From Selaginella moellendorffii (Eukaryota > Plantae > Lycopodiophyta), in contig NW_003314271.1 of the NCBI RefSeq assembly GCF_000143415.4, positions 1,012,826 through 1,036,744 on the forward strand: 23,919 bases of DNA, in the 5' to 3' direction. The notes under the pieces are model-generated. The model did not search any database. It was not told where the DNA came from and saw only the letters and a program-made list of their open reading frames with translations. A program made the translations under genes and the position numbers. Shown here in pieces: positions 22,140-23,919 of the stretch (position 1 is its first letter; every line of letters begins with the position of its first letter).

Positions 22140-23919
22140 ATAGTGGGCATGTCAGGTATGGCCAACCAACTTGAGGCATAGTTTAGCTCTTACTTGCATC
22201 CGGTTTGAGTCTAAGCCTAAGTTCCATACCATAGTAGTTGGTGGAATACCCATATCCTTGCGTTAAGTCATCGGTATTTTGAAATATTTCTAAACTTCGT
22301 TTAGCTTTATTTTGGATGCTAGTTTTAGCATTGGGATGTTAGATACTCTAAAACTGTTCCTACATCGCTCTGTGCTCCTATCCCTTCGCTCTTTAAGCCA
22401 AATGCTCAGAAGTCACACCATACTCCAGTTCCTTTGCTCCTTCGCTGCAAGTTTGGGAGTTTGGCTTCGTACGTTCATTCAATGGCCCAAGGCCCTGAAA
22501 CTCAAGCTCCACTCTATTGTCCATTGGACATGTGGCATGTGGCATGTGGCACATGAAGAGTTTAGGTTTCACTTCGTGGTTATCTTATGATAAATCACTA
22601 TAGGATAAAGGGTGAAAACCATGTATGCTACATGGACTTATTATGCATTTTACAAAAAAATATATAACAAATTTCATGATAGTGAGTATATAATATACAT
22701 GTTGCCTAGGTATGATAGTTCTATTGACATCATAAGGTATATCACAAATGATTTTTTTTGTGTGCAAAAGCATTGTTTTGCAAGTGTGAATTTGGTGTAT
22801 AAGTTCAAAAAAAAAAAAAGAAAATAAAAATTTAGAACCTGACAATTGGATGTAGTGGGTGGATGCTAATAGTGGTTAAAGGTTTGTGGGAGTCACTTTA
22901 TAATGGACATAATGGGATCAAGTAAATATATGACTAATGCTCTCTAAATGTGTATACACTGATAAGTCATTCATTAGAGAGGGGCTGTTTTTTTCAAGAG
23001 ATCTTAAAGGAGCTCCCTTTGTAACCTTCAACATTGATTGTCATGAAAGATTTTAATTTTATCAAAGACAAACAAAATATTTTTATTTGTCACCAAATTT
23101 ATGTCATAATAATGAGAAACTAGATATTGCTACAGAGTATAAAGACTTCTTGGATCACTGTTTTATTAACAATATTAATCCATAAAGATGTGGAATCAAG
23201 AGGCCTACATTAATATAAAGAAACACTTTCAAAACACATACACTAATTATTGTATAAAAAACGCTAGGAAGTCAACAAGTCCATGGTTAAAATAACCAGT
23301 GAGCTCTATGAAAAAAACATAGATTAAGTGAAGGAGAACATTTAAAAAAATACAAGTCATTAAAAGGAACATATAAGCTATCAAAATATTGATTAAGAAA
23401 CAACTAAAAGGTTCTACATTTTAAACCTAACTATCAAAAATAAAGGAGTAATTATTTAATTTAGAAGTGGAAAAAATGGAAGCATTCATTAAATCTAGAT
23501 ATTTAAGATGGCTTATTAGTGAAAAATTGTTAAATAAGGAATTTTACAAGTCAATAAGGATAATTATGATATGATGCACATAAACCTCCAAAAAATGCAC
23601 AAAATAGTGAAATATTATTAATAGCTATTTAAAGCAAACCCTTAAAGTAAAAACATTAGGATTGAATTGGGCCAAAGTTATTATACATATAGAACAATAT
23701 GATACCGATTGAAAGATGGCCACATTGAGCAATTGTTAAGATTATATCACTTATATATGGTGATGTAGCTCTTATCAGGAGGCTAGAAATGGCACAACAT
23801 TGACAATTTTTAGCCTTTATAATCAATATTTATAAATTTAATTAAGTTTAATTATAATTTATATTACTTAACTTCCTTTTGTGTTTCCTTCTCATCATTT
23901 TCTGTAATCAAAGTTATAT

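Noticed and set aside
22585-23919. Short ORFs and possible gene or promoter in the AT-rich tail
   Set aside because: Low-complexity AT-rich sequence with no recognisable domain or exon structure

Overview
Eukaryotic, most likely plant, repeat-rich DNA with no credible protein-coding gene. The window is a three-level retrotransposon nest. A young minus-strand LTR element (3001-18572, TSD CATTT, LTRs of about 1.8 kb) carries a second copy of its own family in the same orientation (8501-16442, TSD TCTCT). Both copies have a tRNA-iMet-type PBS, a PPT and a 4.06 kb internal domain with no intact gag-pol, so they look non-autonomous (LARD-like, probably Ty3/gypsy-derived). The pair sits in one arm of an old, diverged inverted repeat made of two head-to-head decayed LTR elements (5-3000 plus 18578-18757, versus 19402-22058). 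All long ORFs in the track are artefacts of a hierarchical 6/11/12/81-bp tandem array present in each of the four young LTRs. The most unusual signal is a block of about 430 nt of back-to-back hairpins in the internal domain (5940-6370; copy 11630-12060). It includes twin tRNA T-loop/B-box stem-loops, a structurally conserved duplicated module and a palindromic-loop hairpin, making it a candidate cis-acting RNA element. All alignments and counts were made by eye.
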